Assembly (NCBI RefSeq): GCF_016482825.1 | Contig: NZ_JAEMNV010000005.1 | Coordinates: forward strand, 96,921-120,920 | Reading direction: 5' to 3' | Origin: Antrihabitans stalagmiti | GTDB lineage: Bacteria; Actinomycetota; Actinomycetes; Mycobacteriales; Mycobacteriaceae | Length of the DNA: 24,000 nucleotides | Shown here: piece after piece, positions 1 through 8,215 of the stretch | Position numbering within the stretch: the first letter of the stretch is position 1 | Layout: the number at the start of each line of letters is the position of its first letter | Notes under the pieces: generated by a model | Databases searched by the model: none | What the model saw: only the letters and a program-made list of their open reading frames with translations | What the model was told of the DNA's origin: nothing | Made by a program: the position numbers and the translations under genes

Positions 1-95
1 GCAGCCAAGGCGGTCGCGCGCCCGATTCCGCTGGCAGCGCCGGTGACAAGCGTCTTCTTCTGCTGCAAGGTCTTCGCGCTCGAAGTGCTGACCAT
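1..95 (-). CDS. Short-chain dehydrogenase/reductase (SDR), N-terminal part only; the gene runs off the left edge
   Basis: Minus-strand ATG at 95..93 sits 5 nt after AAGGA. Translation MVSTSSAKTLQQKKTLVTGAASGIGRATALA contains the classical SDR cofactor motif TGxxxGIG. It is too short to appear in the ORF track. Confidence 0.7.
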   Translation of the reverse strand, partial: MVSTSSAKTLQQKKTLVTGAASGIGRATALA

Positions 96-154
96 GTCCG
101 TCCTTTTCCCACGCATCGCTACGCTCGATCCGGCCCGCCTTCGGCCTCGTTTGC

Positions 155-1291
155 TCAAACGCAGGGTACCTGCGCAGGGGGAAAGGGTTCTACCGACAGC
201 GCTGCAAGCATCCCCGCCACCGACGCGGGCCAGCCGAACTGCTCGGCGCGAGAGCGTGCCGCCCGGCGTCTGCCGACGAGCGGCATCGTGAGGACGTCGT
301 TCACGGCCTCGGCGAACGCCAACCCGTTGTCGTCGGCGACCGCGCCGCATTCGGCGGTGACGATGTCGGCAAGCGCCGATGATCGCGACGCGACAACGGG
401 GGTCCCCGCTGCGAGCGCTTCCAGCGCTGCGAGTCCGAACGTCTCGTGCGGGCCGGGTGCCAGCGAGACGTCGGCCGTCGCGAGCAACGTCGCAAGGCGC
501 TCACGATTGCCGATGAAACCCGTGAACCGAACCGGCAACCCGCGAGCACGCCGTTGCAGCGACTCGCGACGTGGACCGTCACCGACGATCACCAACCGCA
601 CCGGCAGGCCCTGCTGTTCGAGTGCCGCTACGGCATCGATGCTGCGGTCCACCCGCTTCTCCACCGACAGCCGACCGCAGTGCACCAGAAGCGGACGGGA
701 ATTCTCGGCCAGATGCGACCGCAACGCGAGGTCGTGTCGGCCCGGCGTGAACAGGTCGAGATCCACTCCGAGCGGTACCTGCCGAACGTTGGTCGCACCG
801 ATCCGCACGAACTCTTCGCGCGCGAAGTCCGTTGTGCAGACGACAACGTCGTAGTCGGCGGCCGTTCGCCGGTTGGCTACGTCGGCGAATCTGCGCGCTG
901 CTGCGCGCGGCAGCACCTGACCGAGCAGCCGGTCGAGTCGCTCGTGGGACACCATGATGCTTGCGACATCGCGGCGAGCTGCCCACCGACCGAAACCGCG
1001 CAGGGTGAGTCGGTCGGACACTTCGATCGCATCGGGGCGCAATCCGTCGAGTACGTCTGCGACACGACGTGGGTCGGCAGCTCGGTAGCCGCCGGTGCCA
1101 GGTATGGCGACGGCGGGCAACGTTATTCGTGTGACGCCGCTGGACAGCGTCTCTTCGGACCGCTCGGGGCCGGGCACGATGAGTTCTACCTCGTGTCCGT
1201 GCGCTACGTACCCGGCGCCGAGATGATGGAGTGCGGTCTTCAGACCGCCCGAACGCGGACCGTAGAAGTTGGCAAGCTGAATGATCCGCAC
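155..1291 (-). CDS. GT4/GT1-type (GT-B fold) glycosyltransferase, 378 aa
   Basis: Taken from ORF 155..1618. The N-terminal 109 codons are Arg/Pro/Ser-rich junk that overlaps the upstream MFS gene. The homology-like sequence begins at GTG 1291 (VRIIQLANFYGPRSGGL), and an E-x7-E-type region is present (ETFGLAALEALAAGTPVV). The start codon was verified by hand. Confidence 0.85.
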   Translation of the reverse strand: MRIIQLANFYGPRSGGLKTALHHLGAGYVAHGHEVELIVPGPERSEETLSSGVTRITLPAVAIPGTGGYRAADPRRVADVLDGLRPDAIEVSDRLTLRGFGRWAARRDVASIMVSHERLDRLLGQVLPRAAARRFADVANRRTAADYDVVVCTTDFAREEFVRIGATNVRQVPLGVDLDLFTPGRHDLALRSHLAENSRPLLVHCGRLSVEKRVDRSIDAVAALEQQGLPVRLVIVGDGPRRESLQRRARGLPVRFTGFIGNRERLATLLATADVSLAPGPHETFGLAALEALAAGTPVVASRSSALADIVTAECGAVADDNGLAFAEAVNDVLTMPLVGRRRAARSRAEQFGWPASVAGMLAALSVEPFPPAQVPCV

Positions 1292-1355
1292 TCGCAGATC
1301 TTCCAGGCGCCGCAACCCGATCCGTCGAACACAGTGTGAACGGCGGCGGAAGACC

Positions 1356-2681
1356 TCACGACGAGACGTCGACGGCCTTCTCGTCCACGGCGGGCCCCTT
1401 GCGGACGCCGAGGGACACAACGGCGGCGATCGCACACAGCCCTGCCGCGGCAAACCACGCGATCGTGTACTGCCCGGTCGCGTCGCGGACGAAGCCTGCC
1501 GCAACCGAGGCGAACGCGGCTCCGATCTGATGCGCTGCGAACACCCAGCCGAACACGATCGTGCCGGAGTCACCGAATGCTTCGCGGCACAGCGCTGCGG
1601 TCGGAGGCACGGTCGCAACCCAGTCCAGACCGTAGATGACGACGAAAAGAACGATGCTCGGGTGAACCGCGTCCGAAAGCAGCATCGGCAGCAGCATCAG
1701 ACCGATACCCCGAAAGCCGTAGTAGATGGCGAGCAGAATCCTGGGGTTGACCTTGTCGGTCAACGCACCCGAGGCGATGGTGCCGACGATGTCGAAGATT
1801 CCGACAACCGCGAGCAGACCCGCCGCTGTCGTCTCGGCCATGCCGTGATCGTGCGCCGACGGGATGAAGTGCGTGCCGATGAGCCCGTTCGTCGACGCAC
1901 CACAGATCGCGAAACCGACCGTCAGCGCCCAGAAGGTCCGCGTGCGCGCGGCCACGACAAGCGCCTCGACCGCCCGGCGAGCCGCACCCTTCCCGGCGGC
2001 AGGGCGATGGAGCGGGACATCGGATTCGACCCCGTACGGGCGAACGCCGCGATCGATCGGATAGTCGCGGAGGAAAGCGATGACCAACGGGACGACCAGC
2101 AGCGCGCCGAACGCGATGATCAGCGACGCGGTTCGCCAACCGGATTTTTCTGCGACCCAGGCGATCACGGGAAGGAAGACCAACTGGCCGGTGGCACTGC
2201 CTGCCGTCAGCACACCCATGACGAGGCCGCGACGTTTCACGAACCAGCGATTGGCGACGGTTGCAGCGAACGCCAACGCCATCGATCCGGTACCGAGACC
2301 GACCAGCACGCCCCACGGCAGCACAAGCTGCCAACTCGCTGTCATGAATACGGTGAGACCGCTGCCCGCCGCGATCAGGACGAGCGCACAGGTGATCACC
2401 TGACGGATACCGAACCGGTCCATCAGCGCAGCGGCGAAAGGTGCTGTCAGCCCGAACAGCAGCAGGTTCACTCCGACCGCGGAAGACATGAGGCCGCGCG
2501 ACCAACCGAACTCGTCGCCGAGAGGCACCATCAGAACGCCAGGAGCCGCACGGAAGCCTGCCGCGCCGATCAGCGCCACGAACGCAACCGCGGCGACGAT
2601 CCAGGCCGGATGTAGCCGGGGCCGTTTCACGGTCGAATCGACGGCGCCGACCGTGTCCATATCGAGGGTCGGATCACTCAC
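1356..2681 (-). CDS. MFS transporter, oxalate/formate-antiporter-like, 441 aa
   Basis: The ORF is hydrophobic throughout, with about 12 predicted TM stretches and an MFS-like loop (FVKRRGLVMG). The GTG start at 2681 is uncertain; an ATG 21 nt downstream is possible. Confidence 0.85.
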   Translation of the reverse strand: MSDPTLDMDTVGAVDSTVKRPRLHPAWIVAAVAFVALIGAAGFRAAPGVLMVPLGDEFGWSRGLMSSAVGVNLLLFGLTAPFAAALMDRFGIRQVITCALVLIAAGSGLTVFMTASWQLVLPWGVLVGLGTGSMALAFAATVANRWFVKRRGLVMGVLTAGSATGQLVFLPVIAWVAEKSGWRTASLIIAFGALLVVPLVIAFLRDYPIDRGVRPYGVESDVPLHRPAAGKGAARRAVEALVVAARTRTFWALTVGFAICGASTNGLIGTHFIPSAHDHGMAETTAAGLLAVVGIFDIVGTIASGALTDKVNPRILLAIYYGFRGIGLMLLPMLLSDAVHPSIVLFVVIYGLDWVATVPPTAALCREAFGDSGTIVFGWVFAAHQIGAAFASVAAGFVRDATGQYTIAWFAAAGLCAIAAVVSLGVRKGPAVDEKAVDVSS

Positions 2682-2726
2682 GCAGCGATGCTAGCGCCGA
2701 CCCTCGACACCGATCGTCGGTCGCCT

Positions 2727-4562
2727 CTAATCGTCGGATACCGATACGTCGGCGGAGAAATCGAGCGGGATCGCGCCGGCGGCCAGGAGAACCTCGACGC
2801 GCTCGGGCGGGATCGGCCTCGACAGCAGATAGCCCTGCGCTCGATGACAATCCAGTTCGAGCAGGGTCCGTGCCGCGATCGAGGTTTCGACGCCCTCGGC
2901 GACCAGATCGAGATCGAACGCCTTCGCAAGGCCGACGATCGACTTCACGATCGCCATGTCGTCGGAGTCGGTCCCGAGTCTGGTGACGAAACTGCGATCG
3001 ATCTTCAGCGCGTCCACCGTGAGTTCCTTCAGGTGGGACAGCGAGCTGTACCCGGTGCCGAAATCGTCGATGGCGACCTGCACACCGATTTTCGCGAGAC
3101 CCTCCAACGTGATTCGGGTCCGCGCCAGGTCTTGCACGACGACGTGCTCGGTGATCTCGAAGCACACCGACGGTCCGTCGATGGCGAAGTGGGCGAGCAC
3201 CTCCTCGACGGAGGCGACGAAGTCGAGGCTGACCAGCTGCACCGGCGACACGTTGATCCTCATCACGAGGTCGGTCGCAAGACCGCGCTCCCGCCAATCG
3301 GCGAATTGGCTACATGCCTTGCGGATGACCCAGCGGCCGAGTTCGCCCGCGAGGTTCGTTGCCTCGGCGACCTCGATGAACGTCCCGGGGAAAAGCAGCC
3401 CTCGGGTTGGATGCTGCCAGCGAACCAGTGCCTCGACTGCGAGAATCTTGCCGGACCGCAGGTCGAGTTCGGGCTGGTAGTGCAGGAGCAACGAGTCGTT
3501 CTCGACGGCGTGGCGAAGATGTAGCTCGACATCGTCGCGGAGGGCGTACAGGGTGCGCATTTCTTCGGTGAACACCGAGATCCCGTTGCCGCCTGCTGTC
3601 TTGGCAGCAAGAACAGCTTGATCTGCTTGGCGAAGCACGTCCGACACGGACGTCTCACCCGGCATTCCCACCGCGACGCCGATACTGACGCTTCGACTCA
3701 CCTTCTCGCCGCCGAGCTCGACTCTCTCACTGACGAGCTGCTGGATCCGCGCGGCCTCTGCTTCGGCGACGTCGGTTGTCATAGGCAGCGCAGGAACGAT
3801 GACGAACTCGTCGCCGCCGAGGCGCGCGATCATGTCCCGAGGGTCCATCTGGTCGCGCAGCCGCTGAGCGAGTGCGGAGATGAACTGATCGCCCGCAGAA
3901 TGGCCGAGGAAGTCGTTGAGCGCCTTGAGCCGATCGAGGTCGATGAACAGCGTGGCCACAGGTCCCGGCTCACCGCGCTGCAGACGGCGTTCCATGTACT
4001 CCAGCAGGGCTCGACGATTGGACAGCCCGGTGAGGTCGTCGTGTGTTGCGGTGTGGCGCAGATTGTCTTCGGCTTCGATTCGGGCCTTCAACTGCGCGAA
4101 CAGCGCTGCGACCGCCTGCGTCGCATTGACCTCGCTCGGCGAGAACTCGTTCGAACCGAGGTGGGTGAGCGCGATGAACCCGGCAGCCAGCGAACCTGCG
4201 ACGAGTGGCGCGAAGAGGTAGGAACTGCAACCGCCACCGGACGTATTGTTCAGCACGACGGTGGGTTCGAGGGAATGTTCGGCTGCGGCAAGATCACCGT
4301 CGGTGTCCGCGAAGTAGATGACGTCGTTCGGGTTCGGATCCGTGCCGAACTCGGTCCGCGGCGACTCGGCGATCAAAATCGACGCGCGGATCCTGTGATC
4401 GTTGTAGCGCAGGTAGGCGTGCTCTACACCGAAATGCAGGCGCAACTCGTCGAGAGCGGCCTCGGTCTTTTCGACCATGGTCGACGCGTCGACGCTCATC
4501 AGCTGCAACGCCACAGACGTCACGAGTCGGTCGAGACCCTTCTGCAGGGCCCGGTCTGGCAT
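2727..4562 (-). CDS. GAF-like sensor / GGDEF diguanylate cyclase / EAL phosphodiesterase, 611 aa
   Basis: The GGDEF motif is intact (RLGGDEFVIV). The EAL-domain motifs are also present: EALVRW, DDFGTGYSSL, KIDRSF, AEGVET, QGYLLSRP. About 170 aa of GAF-like sequence lies N-terminal to these. Confidence 0.9.
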   Translation of the reverse strand: MPDRALQKGLDRLVTSVALQLMSVDASTMVEKTEAALDELRLHFGVEHAYLRYNDHRIRASILIAESPRTEFGTDPNPNDVIYFADTDGDLAAAEHSLEPTVVLNNTSGGGCSSYLFAPLVAGSLAAGFIALTHLGSNEFSPSEVNATQAVAALFAQLKARIEAEDNLRHTATHDDLTGLSNRRALLEYMERRLQRGEPGPVATLFIDLDRLKALNDFLGHSAGDQFISALAQRLRDQMDPRDMIARLGGDEFVIVPALPMTTDVAEAEAARIQQLVSERVELGGEKVSRSVSIGVAVGMPGETSVSDVLRQADQAVLAAKTAGGNGISVFTEEMRTLYALRDDVELHLRHAVENDSLLLHYQPELDLRSGKILAVEALVRWQHPTRGLLFPGTFIEVAEATNLAGELGRWVIRKACSQFADWRERGLATDLVMRINVSPVQLVSLDFVASVEEVLAHFAIDGPSVCFEITEHVVVQDLARTRITLEGLAKIGVQVAIDDFGTGYSSLSHLKELTVDALKIDRSFVTRLGTDSDDMAIVKSIVGLAKAFDLDLVAEGVETSIAARTLLELDCHRAQGYLLSRPIPPERVEVLLAAGAIPLDFSADVSVSDD

Positions 4563-5583
4563 CGCTACGTCCGATCGCAGGCGGAGGATGCTCCGGTACG
4601 AGGAAGGGCAACCACTTCCCGTTCGGTCATGTGTCGTCCAATCCTTCGCCCGTTCGCTTCACACCTTGCGCTGCCGAAACCGTCGATCGCTACAGCGTGC
4701 AAAATCCGAATCGTTACTCTCCCATACTCTGCTCCAGTGCGATTATTGCTGAGTCGGACGCATTTGTGTGGATCATGTCGAACAGGGTCGACATTCGAAT
4801 TGAAGCCGATCCGGCATTGAGATGATACGACGGACCGGTCTGCTGTCGACGGCGCCGCACGCCGACCCGATGGATCCGAATACTGTACGGCCGCAATATG
4901 ATAGCCACCCAGCCGCGTGCGGCATGCCTGCGGTCTCGGCCAACCTCGAGCAATCTCCGGCGCTAGCCTGCCAGTCGGGTCGAGGGGGCAGCTAATCGAT
5001 TTCGACCCGATCGGGAAATAGCTTGCCGGGTTCGTCGAATGTGAATAGCAGGATTTCTGTTTTGCGGCGGTCGTAAACAACGACTGCCTCCTTTCCGTAT
5101 GGATAGGCGCGACAGGATCCGCAGAACTACGAGCGGTGGCGCCGACACCCCTGCGACCCGCAGGTATCGCCGCATCGCCGGGCGCTGCGGCGCGCATCGA
5201 ACTACACCTCCACATCGCACAGGGGTGCCCCACAACTACCAATCGGTAACCAACGGGTTGCTATTGCCTGCCTTTGCCCGCTCGGGTGTGCACCCACCGC
5301 GGAGTTCAGCGCGACACGCTGACAGCGCACTCGAAGCGACACGCCGCAGCAGTCGCAGCCGCTCGACGTTGCCCCATGCGGTCGAGCATGATCGGCGGGG
5401 CTGCCCGCGCCGGCGTGTCGAGACACACATCGGCGCACCCGCACCTCAGCAGTGGTCCGCAGCCAGCGTCATCCTCCCAGACGGCCGACAACCCACGAAC
5501 TGACATGTTTCGGAGCCCTTTATTTGTCCGCAGTCGGTTTCCCTCGCCAGCCGACCCGGTGCACTCGATATTTCCTGGAATCG

Positions 5584-6234
5584 TTACGCGCAGGGCGCGC
5601 AGAGACACCCGAGCAAGCATAAAGTTTGTTTACAGCGCAAACACATACCGTTCGTTTCACTTGAATCCGGGAAGCAAAGTTCGAGCCATGTAGCGCCTGC
5701 ACCCACACCTCGACGTGCTGCCACGCGGTAGCCCGAGAATTGACGTCGGCTATGCTCGATCCCCCGACTGATCGGATTTGCATCGAACGTGACGTCAGGT
5801 CCGAAGTCGCGGTCGATCAAATGCCGCGGACCTATCGTCGCTATCCTGCGACACGTCCTAATGCGACGGCGCAACCGATTGCCCGTAGGGACCCGCGGTG
5901 CAATGCCTTTTGTGTTCATCGCGATCGTCTCGGCGTAGTCGATCGAGCGCTCGCACGCTTCGAGATCGAAATCCGAGGACACCTTCTCCGCAACCATCGT
6001 CCAGCGCCCGATGGTCGTTACAGATATGAAATAAAACCCCTACGCCGACTCGACAGCGTCGACACGGGTTCCCCACCGCCCCAAAAGCACCCAGCTCAGA
6101 CGCGTTCCCGATCCCGACTCGACCCTGCGACGTATCGACGTCAGCTCGGGCGAGGAGTAATGCGTCCCCTGCAACCGTTCGCGCGCGTGCGGGCAGCACT
6201 CGGCTGGAAAACCGGCCCGAATACACAACTGCAC
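5584..6234 (-). pseudogene. Possible decayed gene: one reading frame of about 217 codons broken by a single in-frame TAG at 6040..6042
   Basis: Track ORFs 6040..6234 and 5584..5997 are in the same frame and are separated only by the TAG. Third-position G+C is high by hand count in 6234-5850 (e.g. GAG AAG GTG TCC TCG GAT TTC GAT CTC GAA GCG TGC GAG CGC TCG ATC GAC TAC GCC GAG) and falls toward the 3' end. I did not recognise a protein family. Confidence 0.25.
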
Positions 6235-6285
6235 TTGGCGAAATCATTCCGCTAAAATCCTGACGAATAGTAGGATAATTACCGA

Positions 6286-6948
6286 TCAGGCCGGAACGCC
6301 GCCTGCAACGATTCGCTGGACCATATCATTTCGAACGCGCGCGGGAATTCCCGGAGCAAAGCGAGAAAGATAGGCCGATGCCCATTCTTCACTACCGGTG
6401 AGGAACGGATAGTCACTCGCCGTCATCGTACGAATGGCAATCATGGGGTACGGCGCGTCCAGGGGACGGAAATGCGGATTCCACAATCCACCTTCGCCGC
6501 AGCCGGGGTAGAACTGCCCGACCATAAGTCCGTACTTGATGAACATGTTCTTGAATTCGAGCTGAATTTCGTCGACGATCGAATAATCTTCGAGATCGGG
6601 GAAGACGAGAATAACCGTTTTCAACATTTCGTCTTTTTCCTCGACGGGCTCACTCGACTGGAACTGCCGAATCACCTCCGTCAGGGCACCGCTGATGGCG
6701 TCGCGCTCGAGCTCGGCACCCTTCAGGAACGAGACCCAGAACAGATCCTTCTTGATCGAGGGCGACGTGAACGGGCACACCGCGCCCTTACGACCAAGAT
6801 CAGGATGAGATTTGCTCAGATACTCCAGTGCCCAGCGCCGCAGGACATTGGTCTCAACCTCCAATCCTGCGGCTGGTCGACTGGTGAACAGACTGGCTAG
6901 AGCGAGGGACGTATCGTTCGGCGCGACGAGTGTGGACGTCGAGTACAT
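6286..6948 (-). CDS. Hypothetical protein, 220 aa, family not recognised (249 aa if the ATG at 7035 is used)
   Basis: ORF 6286..7035. I prefer the internal ATG at 6948, which is preceded by GAAAGGA with an 8-nt spacer. The sequence looks globular rather than low-complexity (GRKGAVCPFTSPSIKKDLFWVSF; GQFYPGCGEGGLWNPHFRPLDAPYPMIAIRTM). The DNA is much AT-richer than the core genes. Confidence 0.7.
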   Translation of the reverse strand: MYSTSTLVAPNDTSLALASLFTSRPAAGLEVETNVLRRWALEYLSKSHPDLGRKGAVCPFTSPSIKKDLFWVSFLKGAELERDAISGALTEVIRQFQSSEPVEEKDEMLKTVILVFPDLEDYSIVDEIQLEFKNMFIKYGLMVGQFYPGCGEGGLWNPHFRPLDAPYPMIAIRTMTASDYPFLTGSEEWASAYLSRFAPGIPARVRNDMVQRIVAGGVPA

Positions 6949-7316
6949 AATGGTGATCCTTTCGGTCGAGATGGCAAGATATTCATCGGCCGGACGTTCG
7001 AAAAGTTGATAAATCACGTACCGACCGATTGCCATCGTTTTGTTCGATTGTCTGTGCGAACCGAGCCATTGTGTTCGCTGCGCACTCGGTTCGCATTTGC
7101 GGCGCTCCCCCGACGGGACTCACCAGCAATACCCAGTTTGAAATTTAGCCACCCGACATTGCGATTGTGATTATCCGTCACATACGGAGGGAAAGACCAG
7201 TGGTGACAAATTCGACGGTGTCGACCGTCACGGGGCCGTTTGGTTAGCCACGCGGTTGCGGTTGAAAACTTCACTGCTGCAACAGGAAACAGAGCCCGCC
7301 GGACGGTCGACCAAAG

Positions 7317-7751
7317 TCACACCGCGATGGAGATGTACAACTCGATCCGGTTATCCGAGTCGCATATCTCGATTTCCTCTAAAAACGCACGGACGATCTC
7401 GCCGGATTCAGCGGCGACGTCAACTTGCGCCCAGACATCCTCGATCGGGTCCGAGTACTCACCACTGGGACGGAATATTGCGTAGATACCTTTCGGCACC
7501 TTGGTAAAAACGTCGCCTAACGGAATGGACTCGACGTTTTCGTACGGAAAACAGACCAAAACATTGTTTTGGTGGGCAGAATCAGGGATATAGATCGTGT
7601 AGACCGGCTGCGCATGCTCGTCCCGCTCACGCAGCCTGCCCTTCAGGAAGTCGACGAGGTCACTGCCGCTGACCTTGAAACCGGGGACGACCCGAGGGAC
7701 GACGAGACCACCGAAGATCTGCGCCTCCCGCACTGCGATGTCGTGTGTCAC
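7317..7751 (-). CDS. GyrI-like small-molecule-binding domain protein, 144 aa
   Basis: Taken from ORF 7317..8003. GTG 7751..7749 overlaps the upstream stop (GTGA). The C-terminal pattern is typical of GyrI-like/AraC-effector-binding domains (VPKGIYAIFRPSGEYSDPIEDVWAQV...NRIELYISI). Confidence 0.7.
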   Translation of the reverse strand: MTHDIAVREAQIFGGLVVPRVVPGFKVSGSDLVDFLKGRLRERDEHAQPVYTIYIPDSAHQNNVLVCFPYENVESIPLGDVFTKVPKGIYAIFRPSGEYSDPIEDVWAQVDVAAESGEIVRAFLEEIEICDSDNRIELYISIAV

Positions 7752-8215
7752 GGCGTCTTCCCCTGCGCGCGCCCCACGTGCTCGACGGCCAGGTAGAGAT
7801 CGATCTTGTACGCGTGGGGATAGCACTCGAAGTCGCCTAGAAAAGTCCGCCTGATCTCGTGGTGCTCCTCGGCATAGTCGATCTGGGTCCACAGATCCTG
7901 CATCACGTCGGGAAAGGTACCGACCGCCGAGAACCGCGCGTAGACGCCCGCTGGGACACGCGCAAGGAGGTGTCCCCGAGCTACCGAGGCGAACGACGAG
8001 CATTGATAGCCGACGATCTGCGTGTTGTACGTCTCGAGGTCGGCGTCGAAGTCTGTGTAGATCGACGCAAGCGGTCCGCCGATCTCCTGATTGAGCACCG
8101 ACGACCAGGCTTCTTCGAGTGCGACGTCACGTAGCTTCCCCAACGCCCGCTTCGGACTTCGCACAGGCAGACCGGCAACCCAGGTTTCGTCTCGCTCGAC
8201 GATCTGAAACTGCAT
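7748..8215 (-). CDS. GyrI-like small-molecule-binding domain protein, 155 aa
   Basis: Taken from ORF 7748..8323. ATG at 8215 gives MQFQIVERDETWVAGLPV, a typical GyrI-like N-terminus. Also present: VPAGVYARFSAVGTFPDVMQDLWTQI...YKIDLYLAV. Confidence 0.75.
   Translation of the reverse strand: MQFQIVERDETWVAGLPVRSPKRALGKLRDVALEEAWSSVLNQEIGGPLASIYTDFDADLETYNTQIVGYQCSSFASVARGHLLARVPAGVYARFSAVGTFPDVMQDLWTQIDYAEEHHEIRRTFLGDFECYPHAYKIDLYLAVEHVGRAQGKTP

Noticed and set aside
1281-2615. 444-aa plus-strand ORF
   Set aside because: It lies entirely antisense to the MFS transporter. Its Arg/Asp/Gly/His-rich composition is typical of mirror-frame ORFs in high-GC DNA, and it has no motifs.
4714-4794. 26-codon minus ORF (MSTLFDMIHTNASDSAIIALEQSMGE), about 150 nt upstream of the GGDEF-EAL gene, as a possible leader peptide
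   Set aside because: There is no SD, and no obvious attenuator structure links it to the downstream gene. It cannot be distinguished from chance.
4565-5242. 225-aa minus ORF ending 2 nt before the GGDEF-EAL start; also its sub-ORF starting at a TTG 6 nt after GGAAAGGAGG
   Set aside because: The composition is Arg/Ser/Cys-rich with no domain-like blocks. The SD-like string is explained as the codons G-K-E-A of the orphan fragment in another frame. It is kept only as part of the decayed-region finding.
7014-7274. 86-aa minus ORF in the gap between the GyrI-like pair and the unknown gene. Also a 15-codon plus-strand micro-ORF after GGAGGGAAAG, starting at about 7200.
   Set aside because: The 86-aa ORF has Arg/Asn-rich nonsense composition and no start context. 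The micro-ORF points into the antisense of the GyrI-like gene.
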